Assembly (NCBI GenBank): GCA_002633005.1 | Contig: NMRA01000447.1 | Location: 80,237 to 144,236 of the forward strand | Length of the DNA: 64,000 nt | From: Phoronis australis | Lineage: Eukaryota; Animalia; Phoronida | Direction of reading: 5' to 3' | Shown: positions 49,753-62,985 of the stretch, one piece after another | Layout of the letters: each line of letters begins with the position of its first letter | Numbering within the stretch: position 1 is the stretch's first letter | Program-made: the position numbers and the translations under genes | Notes under the pieces: model-generated | The model's database searches: none | The model's input: only the letters and a program-made list of their open reading frames with translations | Told to the model about the DNA's origin: nothing

Positions 49753-52700
49753 AGTCATCAGACCAGGCTTGATAGTTTGAGTCGCATCATGCAGTCGGCT
49801 AAATCACAATCAAGGTCTATATTCGAGAGTTGACTGTGTTACAGTCTAAAATAAATTGTTTTGGTCACTTACCAAATGCCAACTGAATCTCATATCCAAA
49901 GTTATTTAGTTGTGCAAATTAAAAAAAGAATCATCAAAATCGGACAATGTTTGAGAAATTTACGTATGTTTTTGTCTATGAATTTCATGCATTTTAGCGT
50001 TACGAGTGGCCATTTTAAAAATTACAATTTTCAACTGTCAACATTAGAAATGAAATTTGTTTTATTAAGTAAGCAACTGCTTTGATATGACTGGGAATAA
50101 CTAGTCACTTTCAGAATCACTTAGACGAAGTTGTGCTTAATCATTGAGAAATGGTAAGGTTCATCATAAAACAGGCACTCGTTACGAAATTTGTAAATTC
50201 TGTGTTTCTAACCCTCACCTACTGTAAAGAAGGTTAAAAACTAAAGTTCACACTCTGTAATAAAAAGAACTGCAGAATATGTTAGCCTAGGCAACACAGC
50301 AAATTATTCAATATCTAAACATACCAAAAGTTTGGATATTGACTGGGTTCTGTGTTGAAAACTAGGCACATAGCACCAATAAAGTGTTTGAAAAATGTAG
50401 TTACCTGTCATTTTCTTTTTGTACGAATCATATTGCAAGAGAAGAAGTTCTCATTATACTGTGTTAAGATATGCAATGTATCATCATCAAGAACAACTTG
50501 ATCAGCACAGTAATAACTTTTTTTTACTTTAGTATGTAATACTTCTTCAATTTGATCAAGAATTTATGAAATTAACAGCTACCTTATGAATTTTAGCATG
50601 ATAGAAGTGGGCTGTGACCACAAGTTGTAATGTACGTACCCTTCTATACAACTACGATGCATTAGGCCATAAATTGTATTTGGTGGTTGTTGTGCAAAAA
50701 TATTTTATATTACAAACCTGGAATGATGGTACTTTAAAATAACCCAGTTTTTACAGTTATATGACAATCTTCGTTTTTCACCAAAAGTGGCCACCGAATA
50801 TGCACCATGATTGTGATTTGCCCGAGTAGCAAACTGTCACAAGTTCCCAAGCCCCGAAATCCATTCATATTTGAGTACGGAGCAAGATGAGACCCTTTTT
50901 AAGTAGTAAGAAACTTAAATCGAAAAAAAATTCTGATAGACAGGTTACAACATTTTTTAAAAACAACACCTGACCTTGAACGTCTGTCCACCACACTCAT
51001 TTCAAATTCAATGTTGACTAAGTGCCATGAATAAAATTTGGCAACGATGAGAAGTATTCACCAATAGATATATTGTGTACACTTACTTAATATGTGTGCT
51101 GAAAATGCAAGATTGGAAACAAACACAGAGATCATCTTTAATACGGTATTGAAAAGCCAGCTGTCATTGAATGCTGTAGGTAATTAGCTGCCTTTCACAT
51201 ATGGATACCAAGTATTGCCAGGCAATTGGTAACAGTTCAACACAAGGTGTTCCACATGTATATATTCAAATAATAATCAATAGAAACATTGCTGCATCAC
51301 CTGAGACAAAACCATAACATACACTGGTAACAACACCCATAATTGTGAATGATCCCTATTCCCAAATACTAGAATGTGCATCACGTTGGATGACTGCAAC
51401 CCAAATAATTCTTGTTCTTAAGTTGATAAATTAAACATTGTCAAATATTTCTTCTGGAATATACAAAATCAGAACAACTTACACTGTATGGGTTAAAACA
51501 ACATATTTACAAAATAATGAAGTGTATTACATTTCCATTCTGACTCCCAATGCTTGTATACCTTTCTAAGTAAGCATATGGAATATAATGCACAATATTA
51601 CATATGGAACAGTCATCAGTGAGTAGTTATGTTCTATGTCATAATAAAATGTGAGTGATTAAGGAACAAAACACATTAGAATAGAAAGCTTTTGAGTTTG
51701 TGACAGAGTGCAACTAGGTATGAATTCCACAGGTTTACTAAAGCTTTACACAACACTACAGGTTAAGAGTCAATAAAGGCTATACAAATGCTAAAAGCTT
51801 TGAATTCAAAATCACTTGTCCTATTTCCAAGGTGCAATTCAGAAATCCAATAATAAACTTACATTACCAGGTCACAAAGGAAAATGAGCATGATTGTAGA
51901 CACCCTAGCCCTAAAATGTTGATCTGGGCACCCTAATTGTAAATAATGTATAGGCCAGACTCCAAGTAATCATCATCTAAACTGTGGCTATATGTAATAT
52001 CATAATAAAAAAATCATAATTATCGAATGAAAGATTTCAATTTGGCACGCTTATTTCATAACTTAAAGCACTATAAAACTGTATTCTGTTCAAGAAGCAA
52101 ACTTTTGATTTAGACCACTTGCTAGAATTAAGTAGGTCATGATTTCTGGGTTTGCAGTCAGTTTATTTATTGAGAACATGCCTTGAAATGACCTAAAATT
52201 TTACAAACCGAACAGAGACAAATTTCATAATGGTAAGTGGTCTGCGTATATAAAAGTTGTTTTTTTGTGTTGGAAGGTGGCTTCACAGCAGCTTTAAATT
52301 AAAAGCCTGGACACTATTCTGAATGACATTCTGCCGTCAGTTAAAACTAACACTTATGATTTCAAAATGGTAGGCTCAAGATAATAAATACTGGAGATAA
52401 CAATGCCCTGCGTGACCTAGGTTTGGAAACCCGCAAAATTTTTGTCTCTGCCAAAGAATTTCAGATCACACATTCTTGGGTTTTTGCCCAGTTTATCAAA
52501 TTATCACACTATGTGAGTTGCAGCTAACAGCACAGCAGTAATGCTTTGTTGGCTTGGAAGGATGAATAGAGTAATACAACCAAGAAAAACTTGCGAACAA
52601 TCAGACAACAACAAATAACATGTGAAACTCCAGTGGCAAGAAAACGAGTCACCAAATGTGCCTGACAGATGTTAATGGTATTGTGGGTAAATACGGAGAG

Positions 52701-55700
52701 ACTCGAGCGTCGCTGTGTAATACAGGATGGCCCTATTGCTGGGACATTTGCCTATGACAGCTGACCAGTCACCTGCACATGCTACCAGTTGTACAAATGT
52801 ACATAACATAAGAGGTAAATCAGTACATCAAATTCAATCAATACTCTGTGCTCTCCAAGACATATCTCAGAAAGGCCTGCGGGGATTGTACTAACAATTC
52901 TTCACTTATATCACATGAAATAAATTTGTGCAATTTGTCCTTTTTAGATTTTTCAATGACAGATTACCTTGAATTACAAATAACAGCAACTTGCCAAATG
53001 CCGTTTTAAGTTAATTATAAATTATAACAAAGTATTTCCGATGAAGTTTTACAAAACAAAAGCCTGTTTTCTGCTGTATTGTGTCTCAGCTAATTTGGAG
53101 AAGAGCTTCGTAACTGGAGCTAAATATCCATAAATATACTCATATAGTATTTACTAAACATCCATAAATGTACATAGTATATACTTACAAATAACTAATC
53201 TCCCACAAGTTCACTACATTTCGAAACTCATTAAGATGCGAGCCAAACACTTCATGGCAAAATCCAAGCCACACACCACATGGCAAAATCCAAGCCTATA
53301 ACCATGAAGATTCCAATATTCAAAATGAGCCTTAGTTGGCATTCTGATATATTCACACTGCTGTAAGGACAAGCTAGCATACTATAGTGACAGAAATAGT
53401 TGGATCACTAAACAAAGATGCCAGCTACCAGGTAACACATTCCTTTTACACATGATTCCTATGATGCACCTTCATTATCACATGTAGAGGTGAGATGTCA
53501 AACAATATTAATTTCAAGGTTGTGAAGGTCTCTAGAGAAAAATGTCCAAATTTGGATAACTGCAAACAACTTTACTGTATGCATTGAAATCAAAGGCTTA
53601 ATAAAAGAACATATTTTTAAACACTAGAAAATCTGAAGATCTTGATTTGTAACTTTTATCAATTGGTCATTAATTGGGTCAAATGATGTCTTTTCAGTAC
53701 CATTTTATCACAAAGAAAGGAATATTACAGGTATATTACAGGTATATTACCAGCAAAACATCTGTGTCAATACGGTAACAGTTACACTACCAGATTCAAG
53801 ATGAAATCTCAAAAATGCTGTTAGTTTTCTAAAATAAGTCGTTTTGGTTTGATATAAGTTCTCGTTTTTTTTACAAAAGTCATCAAAATCCTATTTCTGA
53901 TAGGACCTCATGCAAATGTGGGTCAATTTTAAAATAAATTTGCCTAATTGCGTGTTCTCGTTACATCACCTACCCCAGATGTGGCAAATCAGATTTATAG
54001 ATAGAGTACTTTATGCAATGATCTCAATTACTTGAAATGGGTCGTAACATACAAAAGATAAGTTCATAATAACGATGGAAAGATGCAGCATTAGTGGGTA
54101 AACACATTCTACAAATGCTTCGAAAACATAGGGAACATAGTTAAGTATCTAAAACTGACAGACAAATTCCTTTAAAGATAACAAACTTCTAATTCTAATT
54201 CAAACAAGTTCAACTTCGTTTTTTTTAAACTTTGTTTTTTAAACTTCGTTTTTTAATTGCGGAAAGTATAAGCCATCTAACATACTAGTAGTGGTAGACC
54301 TACCTAGCCACTACCATATGAAATTCTCCAATTTTGGACAGTCTCTAGAATTTGGTACATGGAAACCGTTGAAAAAAATAAATTTTCTTCATTCTGGAAT
54401 TCGGGACAAGGGCGATTTTGGCATTCATCATATCTCTCAAATTACAGTTGTGTTTTCAATCTACAGAGTGGATAATTTTGTAGTCTTTCTGGAGCTTCTA
54501 GAATTAGGGACGGCCAATATTGCCTAGTATTTCTAGAATTAGGGAAAAGCTCCGGTCTTGAGCAAAAAAAAAACAAAATTTTCACCGTGCCAATTTGAGA
54601 ATTTTTACCATATTTTCTATTGAGAGTCAGAGAAGGTAGTCACTTACACTCACTCATTTCTCTGATGTTGAATAGAAACTTAGTTGGCCTACCTAGCCAC
54701 AGATTTGACAGACTTTCTATTCAGAACCACAGCGACAAAAACTAGTCACTTAGACTCTCAGTTAGACATTAATTTGATGTTGAGGGGAGAGCAGACTTGT
54801 TTGTGAGAAATAAGTTGGCCACACAGGTAGAGTACCTTGACTGTAAAAAAATTCTCGCCAAAGTTTGCATGTTCATCTATCATCCTCAATGCAATGGGCC
54901 CCATCAGCAGATGTATTTCAGCAAATTAAGCTTTGCACTGGCTTTACCAAAGTCACAATACTAGTAACTACCTTTTGAGCAATGAGTGACAACCTTGATG
55001 TTCAAAAAATCCCTTTACATTTAAGTTATAAATACCCGGCAATCTTAGTTGCTTTCTGATAGGTGGTCAATGAAATTGACTGTCGATGTCCATTTCTTTC
55101 AATGCACCCGGACTCCAATAGAATATTGATAATTGTGAGGTCACCTACTTGCCAGGCACGCCAACAGTGGACAACACAGACAAGGGACTTTGTCTACCCC
55201 TCTATGTGCCTCCTTTTGGTGTAGCTGGCAGACAGGTACCTTTACCTCTGAAGGTCACCCTTTGACCTTTGACCCCAAGCACATGTGGAAGGAGACTGTC
55301 CTAAAGAAATCGTGATTTTCAGCTGTAGTACTTCACCAAAACCTTCAGGAGTACAGGTACAGCACCAAGAGCCTACTGCATTCGTTAATGCACGCAAGCT
55401 TTGATGACAATCTGTGTATTAGTGTATTCTTGTCATGTTGTGGTCATGTTGTAAAACTTGCAGCCTTGCCAAGTCTCTAGCATTGAGCGGCAGACTCGCA
55501 CCATAGCTGATCATCTCTCACCCTCACGTAAACAAATAGGATTATGTGTAATAAAGTACTTTTTAAAATTTGTGAATGCATAAATTTTGATTTACTTTTT
55601 CCAAATTACAACATTGTCATATTGACGGACAGCATCATAACTTCACCAACAGTGCCAAACAAGTCATTCTTCTGTGTTGGAGGCAGTTTGGTCACAGAAC

Positions 55701-55817
55701 ACTTGCAGAAATTATGAAAGAAATACAAGTGATTATGTCACATTTTCAGTCTGACATGGCCAATACAACCATTGAATAACACATACAGTTATTCAACGCC
55801 TGTTAAATAACATTTTG

Positions 55818-55891
55818 GAGGGAACCTGAGGCCAGATTTGAACCCGCGTCACTAGTTTCGAGCCGTCGACTTAACCACTGCACCATTCAGC
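55818..55891 (-). mobile_element. tRNA-derived SINE head
   Basis: Minus strand TGGTGCAGTGGTTAAG A-box and GGTTCAAATC B-box; shortened anticodon region. Confidence 0.5.
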
Positions 55892-57158
55892 ATATGACGT
55901 CATCGTACGTGAGAATAGAATACTTCAAAATGAGGACGCGCAATAATCGCATGTTCAACAAACGGAATTGTACCCGACATTTATACGCTGAGAAAAAAAG
56001 ACACACAACTTCAATAAAAATGACACTTTCAATTCAGTAAAATTTGATCAGTCATTTCTCTCACTTGTAAATCATTGATCTCCAGTTTATATGCGGTTAA
56101 CATGTTGTCGGGATCCTTTAACTTGAACCAGTGGTAACCTGCTTTAGCAGACAATATTTTCATGGTGTAAGCTTAGCCCGATAGGACGTGTAGTAAGCTA
56201 GACTAGTTGCTTAAAACTTATTATATATATTCACTTTACCTCTACTATGTTTAAATTTTAAATTGACTTGAGTAAAAGCATTATTTTAACAAGAATAACT
56301 CCACGTTTCTTAAAAGATCACGACCTCGGGCCTCTGACATGGAAAGTAGTTACAAAGCCGAGGCGAGCTGAGGTTGACAACCCTGGACTGAGATGACTTG
56401 ACTCTGACCATGTTAATTGCGCTTGAACTCGGAATTACGACTAATCATAAGATTGGGCATGGGTGAACTTGGAATTGTACGTTCACTTTAAAACATTCGG
56501 ATGAAACTAACATTCATTTCTCCGTTATTATTGGCCCCACAATCGGTAAAAGTGGAGCAAACAGCTACCTCTTCAAAATGGCTACCAGGACCAAGTTTCA
56601 CAGAATAACTGACTTTGCCGTTATTCAGTGAAAACTGATTCTCGGTAGACATTTTGAATAGAGACCCGTTTACTCCACTTTTATCCCATAATCACCCATT
56701 TTTTACTTTACCAGGTTTACCGAAACTTGTGTCACAAACTAGGAACAATATGTGAACAGTCAGTGAATTATTGCTTGGTGAATAACATCTCAAATAGTTG
56801 AAAAGGCCAACAAAAGCTAGTTAAAATTTACAGTAGTCTACTTTAATTAGGCTGTGATTTGTTTTAAAGCTCTAGCAGTAGCAATTATAGCTCTAGGCAA
56901 TGACCATCGCCTCTGTTGGCCCGAAGCAGAGGCGATGTAGAGGCTATAGGCGCTCTGTACGCCGGAAGCTTTTCGGCAAATTTTGCCTCGCACCGACTAA
57001 ACCATCAAAGTCACGTTGTTATAAATACCTTTTGCGCATAGAGGAACACCTTAGGAGGTTGTCGATGTGTTTAATTCCTTCCAACTCGAACAAATACTCC
57101 CGTTATGAAACTTTTTCTTCGAGCAGTCCCTATTTCAGTTCCCAAAATCGTGAACTCA

Positions 57159-57214
57159 NNNNNNNNNNNNNNNNNNNNNNNNNNNNNNNNNNNNNNNNNN
57201 NNNNNNNNNNNNNN
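57159..57214. other. Assembly gap (56 N)
   Basis: Run of N. Confidence 1.
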
Positions 57215-57399
57215 TAGCGAGTAGCTAGTAACAACATCTTATCACTATCAGCAGTAGTTAATCGTCAGCCAAACTGGTTCATATATAACGTTGACTGCTA
57301 TCCGCTTGGTTTGCGCCAATCGTGAAATACGCCCATGGTTGTATGCAGTGGACCGATTGGTGCAGGGTAATTGTTTATCAGTTTATGTTTGGTATTGTA

Positions 57400-57750
57400 T
57401 TATAGTGTATCATTAAGCTACGCCATCTTGAAATCCATGTCTCTGACGACTTGACAGGTACAATACTTTTCAAGAAAGAAATCAACCAAGTATCTAATAC
57501 GAAGTAATGTCGCTACACATTACAAAGCCTAAATATTGAATTTAAAATTGCAGTCAAAGTAACTTCAATCAGGGCGAAATTAAAGAAGGTTACCTGCAAA
57601 AACCTTTCATGATTTTGAACCCATCGCGCCAAGTTGTGTACATTACAAATATCACGTGACCTCACTCGTCGCTAGACCAACAGGAGACGCTGCAGTGCCC
57701 AAAACTTGCCCGGCACATGACGGTCTCTCGGCTAACGTCACGAAAAAGAA
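57400..57750 (-). promoter_or_regulatory. Candidate promoter and first non-coding exon of the RIMBP gene
   Basis: Donor GCAG/gtaacc at 57593, E-box GTCACGTGAT (57651-57660), CRE-like ACGTCA (~57735), YY1-like CAAGATGGCG (57421-57430), CpG-richer. Confidence 0.35.
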
Positions 57751-58744
57751 ATTCCTCTACAAGCCCAGACTAAAAACTTTGGAAATGTAGTGATTTAATG
57801 GCGCAGCGGAGAGCTGATCGTTTTCCCGGTTTAGTAGTACATTTCAGTGATTGTCTGTGCCACGCAGCCGGTAAAACCCATTAGCAGCACTCCGTGATAA
57901 TTTCAGCCAAAGCATGCACGCACTCCTGGGGGCTTCGACAAGCCCCCTCCCCCCTCCCCCATATATGCCGGGCAGGTCGGGGCAACGACCGACCGCCACA
58001 AAAAGTCCACTGAGAAGTCACCCCGGCGAAAACGAGACAATAAAAGTCCACTAAAAAGCCAGAACTACCAAAAATTCGGCGGAAGCACTATTCATAGCTC
58101 TAAGAGCCGGTACCCAGATTTTTTTAGTAAAGGTTCACATTTTCAAAAATTACTGAGAGGCGACTATTCTAGCGGTGTCACGTATGCCGGCTGGGGTGGC
58201 TACGACTAGTACGTGACACAACATTCTGGCTTAAATAGCAAAACATGAGAAGTTCTGATGGAAGTGATAGCGGTTTGATCCCGATGGAAGTTTTGTAAAT
58301 AAGCTGAAATCAGAACTAGTTTTGTGTTTCTTCAAATAGAAGATTTACTTTGACAAGCGGAATTAAGTGTAATAATTTAGCGATGAATTGCAAATTTCTG
58401 TATCAGTCAAAGACGGCGGGTCGGAGTTGTCAAACACTTAATAGAAGCAATAATAAAAATACGATGCAGTTAATGTGTAACAGATTAAGCAACTTTAACA
58501 ACGCGACTTGGCAAAGAAAACACAATACCCGTTTTAATTGTATCTTTTTACATGTACTTAATGTTTTACTATTATATTACTATATTATTAGTGCCGTCAC
58601 TGAAGAGGCCACCCTCTTGTTAGATATTACAATGCTTATGATAATGTTGTTCCCATGGAGCATGATAATGTTCACCCACTGTTGCCGAGGTAATGTATTG
58701 TTTACGACACCTGGTGGAGATAATCGTTGGTTCACTAATAAACA

Positions 58745-61700
58745 CGTGCTTGGAGCAAATACATTTATTCAAAAGGTAACTAAAATTCAAAATATGAGCA
58801 TTACTACAACACTACGTGCAATACTAGTCACAGCAGAATCTATGATTAACCAGACAACCTAAAGATGTCAGGGTTTACTCGGTAGCATAGTATTAGATGA
58901 ATAGTTCCAAACATGTTAGCCCACAACAAACATTTTATCAAGGTTTCCAAATATGGCGCATTTAAAAAGTATAGAGGATTTTACGTTTACGTACAAAAGC
59001 AGCAATGAAAAAATAGTCTTGGCAGAGAGACAGCCTCCCTTGATTAGATTTGTGAGAAATTACAACGACAACAACGTAGCTAAGATAACACTCTACAACC
59101 TCCTACAACATTCTTATATTACAAACTTTTGGCATGTGTCCAAGCTAGTCGAGAAGTACTTTTTAATTCCATCTCGAATAATATCAAACTAGGCTAAATT
59201 AAACAGTAACCCGGTTAGTAACATATCAAAAACATAAAATACTACGACCTAATCCAACCTTAAGACTACTTGAAAAACTCGCCTGCTATATCCCAGCTAT
59301 CAGTGAACTAAACAAAAACTGCGTGCTTGGGTCCACAAATGCATATTACCGCCATGTACACAATAGCATTTTTTCGGCAAAGTCACTGTATCGTTCGTTT
59401 CTAATGTCCTTTTATCTAAACCTAAAGTTGCTATTTCTACATTAAATAGTTGTCGCAAACACGAGTGGCCAAGCTGGCCAGCAAAGAATTTTATCATCTA
59501 ACTGCGGAGCATAATGTTTAAAAAGAACTTCCCTTCGCAAAAGCAACCGAGTAAAACCTGAATCTACAGTAACCAACTGAAGCCACACACAAGAGCAAAA
59601 GAAACACGCCTACGATCGAAAGCAATTAAGATTATTGAAGCTACTTTAAATGATACGAGTGCAAGAACTTCTGTTAAAGTATAGTTCGCTTAAATCACAC
59701 ATACCAAAAGTTGTAGTTTCCCACTCACAGAGATGCATAACATCATTGTGCAACTATCATTGCACAATTCATTTTCTGCTTATCTGATCATTTGAGGAAC
59801 CACAACTGATAGGCTGCGACTGGTGGTATGTCGAACACCAATGGTGCTAAGAATTCGGATTACAGCGTAAATATGAAACTATTAAATCTACGTGCAATTT
59901 TGCTCACAGCAGAAATGAACACTAAACAACTACACTATCAAACACAAACGTTGTAGTGTTGTACTCAGTAGCAAGGTGATTGAGTGGGGTAACTTCTTCT
60001 ACAGTTAACATTTTGCCAAGTTCTAGAAAATATAACGGAAAATTGTTGGACATGGCTAAAAATACATGTTATGTATTGGCTGTAACGACCGCAAATTTCA
60101 ACAACAACGAGCTACCCTAAGACAACATTTACTAGCTATTTCTTAACCCTACCCATTACATACATGTATATTAACATATCATAATCTATAGTCTAGGTAT
60201 ATTACAAACTTTTGACAATACTTGAACCATTCAAAATAAAATACTGCATACCGCCACCACGTGCAACGCTGACCTATATAACATAAATGTGTATGGTGAA
60301 AATGTGCGACAAACCTAAGGGACTGCTCAATAGTTACAATAAAATCAAAGTCCCTGTCTACGTGAAAATTCGTGCAATATGGACTATTTGCCAGCTGATT
60401 ATTCGTACCAATGAACAAAATCTAGCTTTATCGGCGTCTACTTATGCATATGTACAGAATAGCACTTTTGTCGTGTTAGAGATTTGGTCGTCACAAAGTA
60501 CGACACATGTTTATCTAAAACTACCGACTAAGCAAATCTAAAATGTTGTCGCGCGGCGTTTGAAACTGCTGAAGTGCTGACAGTGTAGTATAAAAATGAC
60601 CAGCTCACTAGCGCATGAACTGTTGGAAAAATATTTCTCTTTGGAATAGCTACTGAGTACAACGTTTATCTACAATATGCACCGAACATAACACTGAACT
60701 GCAACACAACTAATGAACCAAGTACGTACATCATGCTAGCCACCTAATGAAAAAAAAAAACATTCTAAGTAACTAATAAAACATGTAAACTAATCAAAAA
60801 CTAACAAAATTACAATCTGCTATTTTCTGCAATTCAAAAAAAAAATAAAATTCTACTAACCCAACACCATTAAAACAAAGTTATTGATTAAGTGCATCGT
60901 GTGGTGTTGTTCTCTGAGCGGCCATCTTGTGAGGGCGGAGCGGCGTATGGCGGGCGGGTCAGACTGCGCTGGTTTTCCTTTGATGTCGAGTCGATGATCC
61001 CTTGTAGGGCACGATGTCTGGCAGAGACGAAATGAAGTTGTACAAGGTGCTGTCTCCCAGGTACCAAGATCTTCATTGGTGAGCCTAGAATTGAGTTGGG
61101 AAAACCAAGAAATTGGAAGTGCATTTGTTCGTCTGGAAAAAAATCGTAAGCCTACTATGACCTTCAAACATTTCACTACCCACAGAAGACCTCGGCGGTA
61201 ACGGGATGCAAATCGCCACCCTTTTGAAATTACTTTAGCGGCTTGTTCTGAGCACGAACCATTAAGCTGTAAATGTGAAACGTTGTCTTTTTTGGTAAGT
61301 TTTCTACTTGCCGCAAACAGACTATGGTGACGTAGTGAGCAAGCTTAAGTTCCTAAAGTGCCATCTGGTTAGAGTACCCGGATTTTTTTGCGTTTCCATC
61401 TAATAAAGCATTGGTAGAGACCCTTAGAAATTTTTAGTTGAAGCCACGGTTCAACACATATTGCAATTTGATTTCAGCAACGACACCAGAATCATGTATT
61501 AAATTTGATGTTAACAGTGTCTATTCAGCCATCAGACACGGTATTCGCATCGCTGGACATGCCCAAAGCGTCAAGACCACACACATACGTGTAGAATTGC
61601 CGGCTTTATTAATGTTTGTTTTAAAGAAAGTAATTGTAAATGTTCGAAATACATTTCATGCTCAATAAAACATGCAAACTTAACCAAAATTGTCTTCAAA

Positions 61701-62985
61701 TTTTGAAAAAATTTAATGTATCAGGTAAAGGTATGAATGCGGTACTCACCCACTCACAGCACGTGTAAAGTTGTTAAGAATATCGCCAAACAACGAATTG
61801 AACGCCAGTAGAGTGCCAAACCAGCAGCGACTGCAATGAATTGAACTCCACCCCCGGCCACTCCTCAAGTCACGCCCACCGGCCACTTGCCGGCTTTGGC
61901 TGGCGGCTTCCCTGGAATAAAAGCAAAATCACTCATGTTTTGAATATGCCCTTTAAACGAGAATTTCCTCGGCAGAACCAAGTTTTTGTATTTTGTAACG
62001 AAAAGTCTTCTAATATGTTATTGAAGTCATTTATGGAGTGTATAGAATAACAGACAGGCATTTATTGACTTGTGACTTGATGTTCAGTTCCAATGTTTAC
62101 AAATACTACTACCAGTGATAACGGTGGGTTGGGAAGTTTACATTTTCTGGCAGTTGGAGAGCTGAACTGCTGCAGCTGGAGAGCAAGCCGGCTCTCCTCA
62201 TGGCTTTCAGGCACTACTGATCAGTTTTGGTGGAAACTACTTTCCAATAAATAGCTGAAGGACTGTTTTTAAGTCGTGCTTAGAATATGTGTATCCTGGA
62301 ATTTTTCCACTTTGTCTCTCCATACTAGTGAGAAAGAAATGTGAATAGAACCCTAAGGCTTACCATGTGAAGCTGGAGAAATTCAACGGAAGTTTCTCAA
62401 AATCTGTTTAAAGACGATGCTTACAGGGTGTCAAACTGCAATTGAAGCAAGCTGGATACATTTCATCCAGAATTCCACTAAAATTTCAAACTGCTAAATT
62501 AACTTTGGACGCCCCATTTTACTAAGTGTGCTGGTTCAAATACAAAAAAGACACGCATGCCGTCAGAATATATAGATCCCTTGGCTTCGCTGATCAGTGA
62601 TGCATCAATTGGCAGCTCTAGAAAAGCGCAAGAGAGTGTGTCACAATTTACTTTTGACTGTAAATTTTAACAAGATAAAATGCACATCCACTCACCTCCA
62701 GGCTCTCAACCACAACTGACAAGGCTTACGTCCAACTCAACCTCGTGGTTTCAATCCATGGGCGACAGATCACGTGGCATCGGATATCATTGACAACTTG
62801 AACGAAAAGGTATTTTCAGTTTTTGTTTAAATCCATTCACGTCTAATCTCAACATTATCAAAAGGGCCTTTTCACGAAGTCAAACATGCCCCCTATGTCA
62901 CCCGCTGAGACGAAGAAGTATCATCTGGTACAACCAAGTGGAGATAAGAATCACCGCGGTCCCACGTGATCCGTCCCACTGTTCG
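58745..62985 (-). other. Candidate spliced polyadenylated transcript (exons 62696-62985, 61750-61911, ~58745-61084)
   Basis: Donors GAG/gtgagt and TGG/gtgagt, acceptors ctttcag, ttattccag, attctag; U-rich 2.1 kb tail ending after AATAAA at 58764-58769. Confidence 0.55.
60888..61076 (-). CDS. Candidate 62-aa small protein MKILVPGRQHLVQLHFVSARHRALQGIIDSTSKENQ...
   Basis: First ATG of the terminal exon; GC-rich segment that switches abruptly to AU-rich UTR-like sequence right after its TAA. Confidence 0.45.
   Translation of the reverse strand: MKILVPGRQHLVQLHFVSARHRALQGIIDSTSKENQRSLTRPPYAAPPSQDGRSENNTTRCT

Noticed and set aside
58350-58862. 170-aa plus-strand ORF
   Set aside because: Non-ATG start, low-complexity AT-rich composition, overlaps the inferred 3' end of the opposite-strand transcript
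59835-59850. TAGCACCATT on the minus strand, like the miR-29 5' end
   Set aside because: No precursor hairpin and the rest of the mature sequence does not match
59742-62780. Selenoprotein idea: one spliced frame has four TGA stops before TAA, and a minus-strand ATGA-9-bp stem-GA hairpin lies at 59742-59772
   Set aside because: Stem is shorter than a SECIS helix II, no unpaired apical AA, and the read-through peptide resembles no selenoprotein I know; a SECISearch run would settle it
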